From Eledone cirrhosa (Eukaryota): a stretch of 64,000 nucleotides of DNA. Below are positions 38,640 through 51,774 of the stretch, piece by piece. The stretch covers positions 93,434,001 through 93,498,000 of the forward strand of contig OZ024744.1 of assembly GCA_964016885.1 (NCBI GenBank), read 5' to 3'. The position numbers were made by a program, and so were the translations under genes. The notes below the pieces were generated by a model. The model was given only the letters and a program-made list of their open reading frames with translations, was not told the DNA's origin and searched no databases. How positions within the stretch are numbered: the first letter of the stretch is position 1; each line of letters starts with the position of its first letter.

Positions 38640-40563
38640 AAGATGTTATAATACTGATCATCTTATTAGGAATTCCAATCTTCTTCAGCACTGACCACAT
38701 AAATATTACAATTGACAGAGTCAAAACCTTTGTTAAGTTAACAAAGTCTATAAATAATTCACTGTTCTTCTTCTGTACTTTCTCTGCAATCTGCCGCAAG
38801 CAATATACCATGTCTATAGTTCCTCGTCCATCCTTGAAGCCACAGTGAAATTCAGGATATACATGATTTACCAGGTGAGATATTATTCTGTTGAGAACAA
38901 CTCGAGATCTTGCCCACCACAGAAAGCAGTGATATACCCCGATGGTTGCCACACAATTCTTTCTTTCCCTTTTCACTTAAATAGATAAGTAATAGATGAG
39001 TCTTTATATACCTGAGGAACCTGACCATTCCTCCTAATTAAAATAAACAAATCCAAAGACTTATGTACAAATACATTACCTCCATATTTATACACCTCAG
39101 CTGGTATAGCATCATCACCAGGTGATTTACCTGATACCATTTGTTTTATAGATGTTTTGACTTCAGTATATGTAGGTCAAAGTTCAATTCCAGCATTTCT
39201 GACCTTAAAGGAATTGAGTCGATGACATCATGATCCACAATATATGGAGGTTTCAAAGTGTTCTTTCCAGTGGTTAAGAATATCACATTTATTTTTTAAC
39301 AAAGAGGATCCATCCTATGCTAATACAAGTGAGGTCTCATGTTGCTGAGAGCCATAAACCTCTTTTATGCCTTCATAGAAGACTTCTATACCCTTTCTAT
39401 CTGCAGAAGTTTGAAGCTCGGCTGCTCTTGATGACCATCACTTGTCTTTCATTTTCCTCAAGATCTGTTCAACAGTTTGTTTACAGCCCATGTATTTCTT
39501 TTTCACTGAAAATATTTTTGTTGGCATGGCCTCAGTCTGTCAGCTGGAACATGTAATAGCATAATAGAGCAATCCATATTGTATGAGAGGAGTGCATATT
39601 TTTAACTAGTGACTGTATTTCTGTATTAATTTCATTGAACCAATCTTGATGCTTATGCTTTGGCAGACCAAGAGATTCAAGTGAAGTAGAATTTGTTGCT
39701 TCTTTGAGATTTTTCCATGATTCTCCAATATTTTCTGAAATTTTAATTGCTGCACATCAAGCAATTGAGACAACCTAGTTTTTCTATCAGCATCATGAGA
39801 CTGAAAATTTATTCGTTTGAGAAATTTTACATTGTGTCTTCTATGCTTTAGTTGAAGTTGAAATGATACCTTACAACACAACAGAGAGTGATCAGATAAC
39901 TAGCATGTGCTATGGAAGGAGCGAGTATGAACAATGCCACATTGTTTAAATTGATAGTCGATCGACAAGATCCCAGACCTCGTTCGCTTAACAAGTGGAG
40001 TAGAGCTTGTCAAATCAGACTGAGGAAACAGTGTTCCATTGGTCTTTGTAATTGCTAATACTATCTGTCGGTTGCAACTCCAGCAGAAGGAGCAATGTGA
40101 AATAAAGTGTCTTGCTGAAGGACATAACGCATTGCCTGGAACCTGTTAGGTTGTTGAGACATAGTATTGGTGATAAGGAAGCCAAGTTCATTGCAAAAAG
40201 AGAGAAGGTGAAGTCCATTACTATTGAAATATCCAATGCCATGAGAGCCAAAGACATTTCTTCAGGACTCTTGATCTGACCCAACTCTGGCATTAACATC
40301 AGATGTCTGTCGTGGTATCATAGCAACTGATTAAGTTTAGGGTAGTAGCATCAGCAAGTTTAAGTTTCAATGTCATCAAACTATTACTCACCACCTGTGG
40401 TAAAGTGGTCAATGTATTTGCTATCTTAGTTCTAATAACGAAACCAACATCTGAAGACCATATTGCATCTACTTGTCTCCATGATCAGAAGAATGGATAA
40501 CTCTTCCCTTTCTCCTCAAGCTGAACTTCACTTAATGCTGCTCTCTATGTTGTACTTATTTAA

Positions 40564-40994
40564 CCCATTACTCTCTATATACTATTGCATTTTCACAGTA
40601 AAGGCTTTACATCATATAATATCAAATCTACGAGATTTTGTCAAGTCAAGAGTACTCAAACTATACAGTCATATAAAAAGATCAACTCGTGGTGTGAGTA
40701 GGTTATGCCTGGAAGGAAGGTTGGCTGGTAAGAGAAGTAGAGGCCGGCAGCCAAAACGATGGCTTGATAATGTCAGTTTATGGACTGGACTTGATCTTTG
40801 CTCTTTAAATTCTGCTGTTTCTGATCAAACTTTGTGGAGAAAAATATGTCATGCTGATGCACAGTCTGCAACTGGCAGAGTTTAGCGTCAAAGTAAGTAC
40901 TTTAACATCTGTATGAAAGGATGGTTACAGCCAGTTTGAACAGAAAGAGGTGAAAGAATTCTGGCCAGATACAACTGGTATAAATGCTAAAGTG
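40564..40994 (+). mobile_element. piggyBac-type MITE copy interrupted by an RTE 3' fragment (~40641-40898)
   Basis: MITE ends recognisable; insert encodes LEGRLAGKRSRGRQPKRWLDNV...DQTLWR. Confidence 0.75.
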
Positions 40995-41689
40995 TTAAGA
41001 CATTTGATACAAGAGCTGTTTTCCTTTCTAATGAGTCTGCGCTATCCCGAAGGCTCCACACAATTCAAGAACCAAAATTTAATGGGATATTTTTGTCTTT
41101 GTCTTTATCTGTGTTTCAAGTACATAGTGGATAACCTGTCAACCACAGTAAGATGAAAAGTTTTTATGTTCTTGCAACTTTTTAGGGCTCCTTTTCTTTC
41201 CCCCTCTTAATTAAGGGAAAGCTGTATCTTGTCTAAACAGACCTGCTTTGTCACCCAGTACAGAACATAATCAGCTCAATTGCCTGTAGGATTTGTGCTA
41301 AATGATCATCACCTGCTGAGCCACCAACTCTGCAGAGAATCAACTAAGAACTACCAGTAATATCCTCAACCTGCCTTGCTGTTACACCCTCACCAGTGGC
41401 TCTTTGGTTAAAAAAAACAACATATACATATATCTACATATACAGACACATATATATATATGCTCCTCCCCCATACACACACACACACCTATAGCGATAC
41501 ATATATATGCCCCCCCCCCATATATATAGATATATAGATAGATAGTCTGTGGTACAGGGACTGGAAAGATCACAAATCAAAGAAGTACTTGATACATGGT
41601 TTGATGCAGGGTGGTTATATATATATATATACATATACACATGTATGATGATGATGATAAACATACATATATATATATGTGATCAGATA

Positions 41690-42279
41690 TATAGGTGATC
41701 AAATTAGCATGGGAGGGGGTGTTCCGAGGCCATAGTATTTGGAAGTAGTTTAGGGAGCTGCTTCCTCTGTTGACAACGAAGGGTTTCTCCCTGCGTATGA
41801 AAGGACAGTTATATGATGCCTGTGTGAGATGTGCGATGGTGCATGGTAGTGAGACATGGGCAGCAACTGCAGAGGATATGCGACGGCTGGAGAGGAATGA
41901 GCAAGCATGCTCCATTGGATGTGCAATGTCAATGTGCATGAACAACCAAGCATGGATGAGTTGAGAGAGAAACTGTGTATAAGAGGGATAAGTTGTAGTG
42001 TGCGGGAGAAAAGACTGCAATGGTATGGACGTGTGATGTGCATGGAGGTTGACCGCTGGGTAAAAAAGTGCCAAGAAATCCCAGTAGAAGGAAGACATAG
42101 TAGAGGTAGACCACAAAAAACATGGGCGGAGGTGGTGAGAGCAGACCTCAGATCGCTGAAGCTCACAGAGGAGATGACAAAGGACTGTGACAAGTGGAGA
42201 GATGCTGTGCTGAATAGGACCCATCCCATCCTTGCAAGCAGGGAAAAGTGGACATAAAATGATGATGGTGATGATGATG
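41690..42279 (+). mobile_element. RTE LINE 3' fragment (putative partner of SINE family A)
   Basis: LYDACVRCAMVHGSETW, RLQWYG, RGRPQKTW; ends CTTGCAAGCAGGGAAAAGTGGACATAAAA(TGA)n. Confidence 0.88.
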
Positions 42280-42442
42280 CATATAGTTAAATCCATCAAC
42301 TAATGACCTCCACCCATTCCAATGACCACCCTCTCCGACCACCAGAAAAGATATAAATACCATCTCATTACTTGGACAGTCGGCTTCCTGATGATTTCTC
42401 CCGAATTAAACAGTTCTTGTCCTGTAGAAGCCATTTCTATAT

Positions 42443-42478
<36 letters not shown>

Positions 42479-42767
42479 CAATCATGAGGTTGTGAGTTCG
42501 ATTCCTGGACTGGGCGATGCGTTATGTCCTTGAGCAAGACACTTTATTTCACATTGCTCCTTCTACCTGGAGTTACAACCAATAGATAGTGTTAGCAATT
42601 GGAAAGACCAACGGAAATGAGATGTCCTACACGGGTGAAAGTATATAGAAAAGAAATCAAAAATGCAACTGGACTCTTTTTTAAAATATTTATTTATTTC
42701 CTTTACCAGTTTCACAGTTCTTATGCTTTTCAAAAGTAGAATTGAGATGGAGAGTTTGTGGTTTGTA

Positions 42768-43533
42768 GTCATCATCATCATCATCATTTAACGTCCATGT
42801 TCCATGCTTGCATGGGTTTGGACGGGAGTTTTCCCACTTGAGGCAAGAGTGGTTGTCTTGCTCGCATAGGACTGTCTGGCAGGTTTTCTACAGCTGGATG
42901 CCCTTCCTAACACTAACCACATTTACAGTGTGGGACTGGGAGGTTTTTACCGTGTTGCCTACACGGCCACATTACAGCGTGGACTGTGTGTTTTTTGTCG
43001 TGACACCTACACGATCTCATTTGTTTCGGCCTGGATGTTGTGGCACCAACATAACTTTACATTGAAAGGGGCGGTGTGGATGGGGTGGGGGTGGTGGGAC
43101 GGGGTGTATTTTGTTAGAGATGCCTACTGACTGTAGTAGGTTTTACTTTGTATTTAGGTAAGGCGGGTCTTCTCTATTACTGAGTACCGCCAAAGATCTC
43201 GGTCCAGTGACATTGTCTTGGAGAGGTGTAAGTGTGTGCGGTCGGAATTTATCAGGTCGTCCCAGGTTTTTCTGGGTCTGCCTACTCCGTCTATCTTTAT
43301 TGCCCTGCACTTTTTTATACAGCTGTCGTCTTTTATGCGCATCACGTGACCATACCAACGTAGCCTTCTCTCGAGTAAACAACATCTGATCCCTCTTATT
43401 TCTAATTTTTTCCTTAGTTCGTTTATGCTTTGTCGTTCACGTATATTACTATTACACATCCAGCGGAGCATGCAAGCTTCGTTCCTCTCTAGTCTGCGTA
43501 TATCCTCTGCACACAATGCCCAGGTCTCACTGC
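42768..43533 (-). mobile_element. Composite RTE-derived retroelement
   Basis: ORF 43154-43516 plus the same modular 3' region as 29720-30384. Confidence 0.85.
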
Positions 43534-44064
43534 CATATATATATATATATATAGAAAAGAATAAAACGAAATTTCATTTCTCACTCTTAGTACGGCTGAT
43601 ACCTAAATACAAGTATGTATACGTACATACATATGTGTGTACAGGCGCATAGTAGTATGTATATATATATACATACATGCACACATATATATGTACGTAT
43701 GGGTTTACCGAACATCTATTATAATGTTCGGTTTGTTTGTAAACAAACAGCCCGAATTACGCCGTACAGTGCTCGGCAACCATCGTCGCCTCCCCCCCCT
43801 TTTTTTAATATATGTGTGCATGTATGTATATATATACATACTACTGTGCGTCTGTACACATATATGTATGTATACATACTTATATTTAGCTATCAGCCGT
43901 ACTAAGAGTGTGAAATAATTGTGCCGTATTGTTGTTATGTGATGCGAGTGGGATTTTTGTCGTGGGCGGATAGCACGGGGCTCAAGCCTTGGGTGTACAC
44001 TAAAGGTGATGCCAACATCATTTGGGCAAAGCTGATGGAATATTTTCCACATCATACAGATAAT

Positions 44065-44239
44065 TGTTTCTACTTTTGGCACAAGGCCAGCAATTATCCC
44101 AGTGTATTACTGGTACTTTATTTTATCGACCCCGTAAGGATGAAAGGCAAAGTTAACCTCGGCGGGATTTGAACTCAGTCCGTAACTGTGCTGCAAAGCA
44201 TGGCGTCCGACCCTCTACCGATACTGCCAATCCACCGCC
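44065..44239 (-). mobile_element. SINE family B nested in the CR1 C-terminus
   Basis: Perfect 17-bp TSD CACATCATACAGATAAT (44048-44064, 44240-44256). Confidence 0.92.
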
Positions 44240-47200
44240 CACATCATACAGATAATGTAGCGCTCACAGCGACGTTGGAGAGAATAAAGTTTGAGCTTTT
44301 CTAATCGACTCCAATAGTCAAGGCCTGTCATGCCATCTATCTTTTTTGTAATTGACCTTTGGGGTGCTTCAACTTTCATAATACTTTGTTTTGTGTGGGG
44401 TGACCACAGTGGACAACAGTATTCAAGGTGGGGTCGGACAAAAGTGGAGAAGAGAAGGATAACAGTGTGGATATCTCTCGACAGGAACGCATTCTGTGGG
44501 CCATATCAACTTTGCTGTTTATATGAGTGGCCCAGCTTATATTGTTGTTCACAATTACTCCCAGGTCTCTGATGTTATTGGATGCCACTAGAGTTTCACC
44601 CGAAAGAAGAGAGTATGGTAGTTTCGGGGCATCCTTTTTTCCAAAGTGGATTAATTCAAACTTATCCTCATTCAACAGCATATTATTCATTTCTGCCCAT
44701 TGGATAACAGCCAGTAAGTCTGACTGAAGGCAAGTCCGATCACCCACCTCATTGATGACCCTTTGGAGCTTGGAATCATCTCCGAAGATTCTGATGTTGC
44801 TGTACTTGATGATGTCAGTAATGTCATTAATGTAGATGATGAAAAGAAGTAGGCCCAACACAGTGCCTTGTGGGACGCCACTGCTGACTTTGGCAGGGCT
44901 TGATTTTACTCCTTCGACTACAACATGCTGGGTTCTGCCTGTCAGGAAACATTTGATCCACTGTAGTAACCTTCCAGAGACACCAGTATTGGATAGTTTT
45001 TTCAGTAGAATCTTATGATCAACCCTGTCGAAGGCCTTGCTGAAGTCAAAGTAGATGACATCAGTGTTGGAGCCCTCTCCCAAGGCTCTCAAAACATTGT
45101 CAAAGTGATGCAGGAGCTGCGTTAGGCAGTCCCTTCCATTACAGAACCCATGTTGGTTGGAGTTCAGCAGGCCATTGCTTTCAAGAAAGTGGGTTATTCG
45201 TGATCTCACCACCCTCTCAAATACCTTGATAATATGAGAGGTGAGTAAGATCGGACGGTAGTTCACTGCAAGGGACTTATTTCCCTTTTTGAAGACTGGG
45301 ACAGAAAGTTTTCAGGAATATAGCCAGTGTCCAGTGAGTTCCTCCACAGAATGGCAGGAGGAGATGCAAGTTGGTGTCGACACACCTTCAGGACACAAGC
45401 AGGGAACCTGTCAGGGCCTACTGCTGAATTGTGTTTAATTTCAGGGTACCAAACGTTATGTCTGATATAGTGTGTTGGGGGTTAACATCACTGATACGGC
45501 CCAGATCGGCCATATCAGGATTGCTGAAACAGAGCAGTATTGTTTCTGCAGCATCTCGCCCATGGTTTTGGCATTGTCTTGGAGTGTGCCATTTTCATCA
45601 ACTAGGGGGCCAACAGTGGAGACAGTGACCTTGTGTTTTTTAGCAAATGAAAAGAACACTTTAGGGTTGAGTCTGATTTTCTCAATGGCCCACCTCTCTT
45701 CAGCTATTCTCTGGTTATTGATGATGGTCATCATGCATTGCTGGAGGTTATATTTTTTTGACTCAAGCAGGGTGATAGCCATTGAATGTGTGTGTTGCTG
45801 TTGGCAGTATTTTAGTGTGTTAATTTTTTTGTTTGTTCTTTTTATTTTTCTGATAATTGTTTTTATGTTTTGGGGATACTGATACTGCACTTGGTTTTGT
45901 TCACAGGTTTTGGTGGGGTGTGTTTTGTACATATATTTGTGACAGTGTCTACAAAGATCTGCCAAGATGTTTTGATGTTGGTGGAAGTGTGTGCGTGTGT
46001 AAAAGACCAGTCAACATGCGATAGTTTGTTCATAATTGCATCCCAGTTGGCATTGTAGAGATTCATGTTATCAAATGGGTGGGCTGGAGAGAGGACCCTG
46101 GGATTAGCTTTGGGCTGGTGGAATCTCAGGTTACAAAGAATCATGTCATGGTTTGAGAGAAGGGTTTTTTCCACTGTAATATTATGTATAGTGTTAGTGT
46201 GGTTACTAAACACTAGATCCAGAATGTTCTTCTGATGCCTCGTTGGTGCAAGGACAAGTTGGGACAAGAAAAACTCATTCAAGAAGTCAAGAAGTGACTC
46301 GACAGCCTCTTTGTCAGTGGTTGAGGCTGTGGAGCCTGGTTTCAAACTACATGTAGACCAATTGACACAGGGTAGATTAAAGTCTCCCATCAAAAGTATG
46401 TTGCTAGAATGGCACTGTTTAATAAAGCATTTAATACTGTTGAGGCATTCTTTGAAACAGATTATGGGTGTTTGTGGTGGCCTATAGAGCCCAACTAATG
46501 TCAGGTCATTGGCTTTATTGTGCACAGTGACTGATTCACAGTATCCATTAGAGAATGTTGTGTTGCCATCTGCCGTAAAGGAATCATGCAGGAAAATGGC
46601 AGTTCCACCCTTCCTTCTGCCAACATGATCTGCACAGATGGTTGTGAAATTTCTCACTCTTACTTCGGCCTCCAAGTGGGAGTTGTCAAGGTGGGTCTCA
46701 GTAAGAAGGGAATGTGAAATGGATGGTTACCAACCCAATCCTCAATGAATTGGATCTTCCATTTCTGTGCATTGATGGATGGGCTGATACCTTGTGTATT
46801 GAGTAACAATGTGGAGGCTAGTGTGGTGGCTGGTTTTGACTGTTGCAGGGGGCTTGTTTTGTGATTGTGTGTTAGTGACAGCAAGGATGGTGTTGGGTGG
46901 TGACTAAAATGTTTTTCTTTATCTCTTTTGCCAGGTTCATGGCTAAAAAAGAAAGTTTTTTTCTTTTGTTCAGGGAGCAGTTTATGATTGGATTTGTGGT
47001 TACAACATTGGATAGGGTTGCAGTTCCCTCTTTTGTTGTTGTAGTTGTATTTGTTGTAATTGTGTCTTTGTGAAAAGACTGGAGTATCGTTATTTTTGTT
47101 GTTGCATTTGTTGTTGTTGTGATCGTGTCTTTGTCACAAGACTGGAGCAGCATTAGTTTTGTTGTTGTAATCATGTCTTTGTGAGAAGACTGGAGCAGCA

Positions 47201-47359
47201 TTACCGCAGCAGGGGGTGGCTTTATTGTGGTTTGTGGGTTGGCATGAAACCCCTTTTCTGTTTGTGCGTTGTGTCCCAGGAAGATGAGTGAAGGGACAGT
47301 CAGTCAGCAGACATAGCCTCTCACGTTGGGAATGTTGGCAGATTTTGGGATTGCGACCT

Positions 47360-47490
47360 CATCATCATCATCATTCTTCGACTACTGTCGAGATGATGGA
47401 TCTCACTCTCATGCCCCAGAATTCCCTGTCCCCCATCGCTGCCCCCCGGTCCTGTCTACTGATTCCCGTATCCCTAGAGATCATTATGAT
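47360..47490 (-). mobile_element. Short RTE 3' end with (TGA)n tail
   Basis: Minus strand reads ISRDTGISRQDRGAAMGDREFWGMRVRSIISTVVEE* followed by TGATGA. Confidence 0.65.
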
Positions 47491-49055
47491 CAGAAACAGG
47501 ACCGGGGAAAGCAGGGGCTGGACCTATATCAACAGGTATACCATATAGTGTGGTTCCCTGAGGAGCAGGAACCCTGGTGCAGTTAGTTGCGAAATCCATC
47601 ATCTTTTCAAACAGCTAATGATGTGTGTGGGCGCCACTACTACACACATGTGAAAGAATTTGACAGCCAAGTCTTGAAGAAGGTGCTTTCTCCTCCGTGT
47701 GGTGGGTTACCCGGCGCCAGATACCAACCTGGCAATTATACCCTCGCCCTAATTGTTCGTGTTGCAAGCACTAGAGTAGTCGCTAACCAAAGCTACGGAC
47801 CCACTCTATCCGTCTGGAGATACGTTGTACTAGCTTACTAGCAGAGAGTAACGTCAGGGAATGTGACTTTTCCGGCACTGCAGCGCCTTTCGGCGGGCCG
47901 TGCTGGTTTTGGATGGCCATTGACTCCAAGAGCTCTAAGAGCTCCCAGGAGTTCCTTTGCCCTTTGACAGGTTTTGTTTTTAGTCCTGCAGGATGTCCAA
48001 AGTCACCCTCCTCACCAAGAAATGTTGGTGGGGTTGCCAGTTTAGTCGCCAACGACCCGACCATGAGAGAGGACTGCGACCTATACGTGCATTGGTGTTG
48101 GCTGGCAGTGTTAGTGCGCCTAGTACCCGGTAAATGGGTAAATATACAGTCGCTACGTGTGCATAGTCTCTGACGTAGTGAGTAGCGGCATATTTTGGGG
48201 TTTCTAGTATGTGTAGTGGGAGGTGCATACAGCTCCATAGATCTGTTTTTTTAAAAGTTCTTTTGACTATGGCATAGTTGTGGTGGTGATGTGGGGGAAG
48301 AAGGCATTAGTGGTGATGATGATGATGACAACTGTGGTGGGAGAGAGAGCAGTGGTCCATTACTAGCAGTTGATGTGGTAGAAGATGTAGATGTGGCAGG
48401 AGATGGTGACGGTGGTGATGGTGATGGCGATAATGATGGCTGAGTGAGTGGCTGAGTGATACTGTCATTCAGTAGTTCAGCTATTATGCTCCTGGCTTTC
48501 TGGCTGTTGTTGTTGTTGTGGCTGTTGTTGTTGTTGTTGTGGCCATTGTTGCTGATGTTGTGTTTGCCCATTGGAGTAAATATGTCGAAGTTTTTCAAAA
48601 TGGTTTTGAATTAGTTTGAAAGAGACTAAATATATATATATGTATATATATATATTTAATACATTAACAGAGAAAGCTTTAAGCAATACTCCGACCGGCT
48701 TCCGTCTCACTCAACAAACATTAGGATATACCTTAGTATAATCCCAATTATACGTTTGGAGTGCTAACTATATGTATTTTGCGGATAGCCAGTTGTATTA
48801 TTTTATATGAGACATAATTAAATACATCTCACTTTCCAAACGATCGTTTCATTATAAGTTTTCTACAAGTTGGGAAAATAATGTCCAGGTTATGTAGAAG
48901 CCTACACATAGTCCATAGGAATATATGTAGGTGGGCACTTATAAATCATCAGTGGATGCCCGACAATATCGATATAAAAAAAACCTTACCGATATTAATA
49001 TTCAGCGATGGTACCCGTCAGTGTTAGAGTGACCGCCAAATTTGAAATTCCGGCA

Positions 49056-49419
49056 ACATCCATCTTCCACGCTTGCATGGGTTTGGACGGGAGTTTTCCC
49101 ACTTGAGGCAAGAGTGGTTGTCTTGCTCAGGACTGTCTGGCGGGTTTTCTACGGCTGGATGTCCTTCCTAACACCAACCACGTTTACAGTGTGGAACTGG
49201 GAGGTTTTTACTGTGTTACCTACATGGCCACATTACAGCGTGGACTGTGTGATTTTTTGTCGTGAAACCTACACGACCTCATTTGTTTCGGACTGGATGT
49301 TGTGGTACCAACATAACTTTACATCGAAAGGGGGTGGTGTGGATGGGGTGGAGGTAGTGGGATGGGGGGGGGGGTATTTTTGTTAAGAGGTACCTACTGA
49401 CTGTAGGTTTCGCTTTGTA
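49056..49419 (-). mobile_element. 3' module of the composite RTE-derived element
   Basis: Reverse complement of ~29993-30350. Confidence 0.82.
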
Positions 49420-49518
49420 TACATATATATTATATATATATGTACATACATATACATGTATGTATGTATATATTATATAAATATATATGTGTGTGTGTTA
49501 AGTATATATATATGTGTA

Positions 49519-49572
<54 letters not shown>

Positions 49573-49578
49573 TATTAT

Positions 49579-49909
49579 GGGGGCACATGGCTTAGTGGTT
49601 AGAGCATTGGCCTTGCAATCGAAAGGTTGTGAGTTCAATTCTCAGACTGGGTGATGTGTTGTTTCCTTGAGCAAGACACTTTATTTCACATTGCTCCAGT
49701 TTACTCAGCTGTAGAAATGAGACTGGGGTCCCTATCATTCCACTATAAAGTGGACGTGTAGGCGCCACAAAATAAAAAGCACCCAGCACTCACTGTAAAT
49801 GAGGTTGGTGTTAGGAAGGGCATCCAGCTGTAGAAATCAAGCCAGAATCAGTTCCCGTCCCACTCTTGCAAGCAGGGAAAAAGCGGACGTAAAATGAAAT
49901 GATGATGAT
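49579..49909 (+). mobile_element. SINE family A
   Basis: A/B boxes, CORE-like block, RTE tail. Confidence 0.88.
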
Positions 49910-49978
49910 ATATATAAATGAAAAGTATAGAAATTATTGTGAGTAAGAAGCCAACAGTATTTCATTATATATATGTGA

Positions 49979-50162
49979 GGGCGGTGGATTGGCAGTATCG
50001 GTAGAGGGTCGGACACCATGCTTTCCAGCATAGTTACGTCCCTTTACGATCTGAGTTCAAATCCCGCCGAGGTTGACTTTGATTTCATCCTTACGGGGTC
50101 GATAAAATAAAGTACCAGTAATGCACTGGGTAATTGCTGGCCTTGTGCCTAAAGTAGAAACA
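49979..50162 (+). mobile_element. SINE family B
   Basis: Full head and tail; TSD ATTATATATAWGTGA. Confidence 0.88.
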
Positions 50163-51365
50163 ATTATATATAAGTGACTATAGCGTTAAAATGGAATATT
50201 ATCGCGGTTTTTTAAAAAAAAGACCGAGATTAGTCACAATTAATTTTAAGCACTCTAGGAAAGAAATCCGAGTATAAATATAAATGAGAAGTATAGAAAT
50301 TATTGTGAGCAATATATAAGTGACTATAGCGTCAAAATGGAAAAATAGTTAACGTAAGATGTGGGAAAATAATTCAAACTCAATTCAAAAAGAATCAGGA
50401 CATAGATTCATCCACAGAATTTAGTGAAATCCAGGGAAAAATCAATAGAGCCTTAACTCAGAATAAAATAAAGTTTAAAATACTCATCCTTCAATTTGGA
50501 AAAACTACAAATGCTCTGTATAGTCTTAAAAAAGACTATTTCACGAAACTTTCAGTGGGGATGGTTTACGGTTGGAGTCGATCATCAGCAGAGCTCAAAG
50601 ACACGATAACCAAAGTTTATATATAAGCAAAGGGAGATTTAATTTGTTGGTAATTCAACAAATTTTATCTGATGAGAGCGTACCAAAGTTTACATTTATT
50701 AATATCATTAATACCATTAATATATATATATATATATAAATATATATATATAATATATGCAAAAGTTTTATTTAAATTGTTGGGATACAACAAGCAAATA
50801 TTTTTATAACTGATATAAAGCACTCAACAAGTATTTGGAGTAAACATACGATATTAACAAATGGAAACTATATTTATAAAACCGTATTTATTTCATTATA
50901 CATATTTCAAGGACACCAAGTTAAATTATGGTGTGCTTTCATCAGACAAAATATAATATAGATCAGTTTTATAAATAAATATTGACAAACCCTTAAAAAA
51001 TGCAACCATTACTGTTGGAAGCTCCCGGATAGTGGAGTTGTTTACTTATATTATTATTAGTATTGGATATTTTTATTTTTAAAATAAGCCGTTGGGTTAC
51101 AGAGAAAGAAAAAGAAGGAGAGAGAGAAAAAGAGAGAAAGAAAGAAAAAAGAGAGAAAAGAGAGAGAAATACCAAAACAACAGAGAGAGAAAGATATAGA
51201 TAGAGAGAGGAGACAGAGAGAATATATATATATAATATATATATATATAAAATATATGTATATATCATATATATATATATATTATGGTTCTTACATATTT
51301 ATCCTTATCGAGCCCTCTTTGGATTTTAGTCTTCGCGTTTATTATTATTACCATAATAATAATAG

Positions 51366-51556
51366 GGCGGGGGATTGGCAGTATCGGTAGAGGGTCATAC
51401 GCCATGTTTTGCAGCATAGAGTTACGGCCCTTTATTATCTGAGTTCAAATCCCGCCGAAGTTTACTTTGCCTTTCATCCTTTCGAGGGCGATAAAATAAA
51501 GAACCAATAATACACTGGGATAATTGCTGGCCTTGTGCCAAAAGAAAAAAAACAAT
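51366..51556 (+). mobile_element. SINE family B
   Basis: Same family by eye; a further 3' fragment lies at 52092-52192. Confidence 0.82.
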
Positions 51557-51602
51557 TATTACTATATGATTTATATATATACACATACACACACACATAG
51601 GT

Positions 51603-51774
51603 TTAAGTTTTCGTGTATGTGCTCATGTACACAACAGCCCCATGTCACTGAACACGTATTTTGTGTCTGCATATAAATATATAAAATTAAGTTTTCGTGT
51701 ATGTGCTCATGTACACAACAGCCCCATGTCACTGAACACGTATTTTGTGTCTGCATATAAATATATAAAATTAA
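51603..51774. repeat. Perfect 84-bp tandem duplication
   Basis: TTAAGTTTTCGTGTATGTG...ATATAAAA occurs twice, period 84. Confidence 0.92.

Larger units (their letters stand above)
37550..40470 (-). mobile_element. Degenerate near-full-length RTE (BovB-like) LINE ORF
   Basis: In order on the minus strand: APE remnants (DVNARVG, ~40290), CGFKDGRGTIDMVYCLRQ..EK, IAPVLYSIYFS, FLFADDAAL. Many stops and nested inserts. Confidence 0.85.
43919..48600 (-). mobile_element. Degenerate near-full-length CR1-group LINE (CCCH ORF1, APE endonuclease, RT)
   Basis: RT ORF 44376-45266 (NYRPI, QHGF, DFSKAFD, SGVPQGTVLG, FGDD); APE 45863-46675 (YRPP, MGDFN, LDLVF, SNHD); C-terminal LQRRCERY; CCCH fingers at ~47264-47357 and ~48110-48205. 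Confidence 0.92.

Noticed and set aside
44376-45266. Active or domesticated reverse transcriptase
   Set aside because: The catalytic motif reads FGDD, surrounding frames are broken, and a SINE interrupts the C-terminus.
48640-48960. Possible Penelope GIY-YIG remnant (also 12330-12420 and 50170-50700)
   Set aside because: Only faint motif echoes across frameshifts; cannot be supported without alignment.
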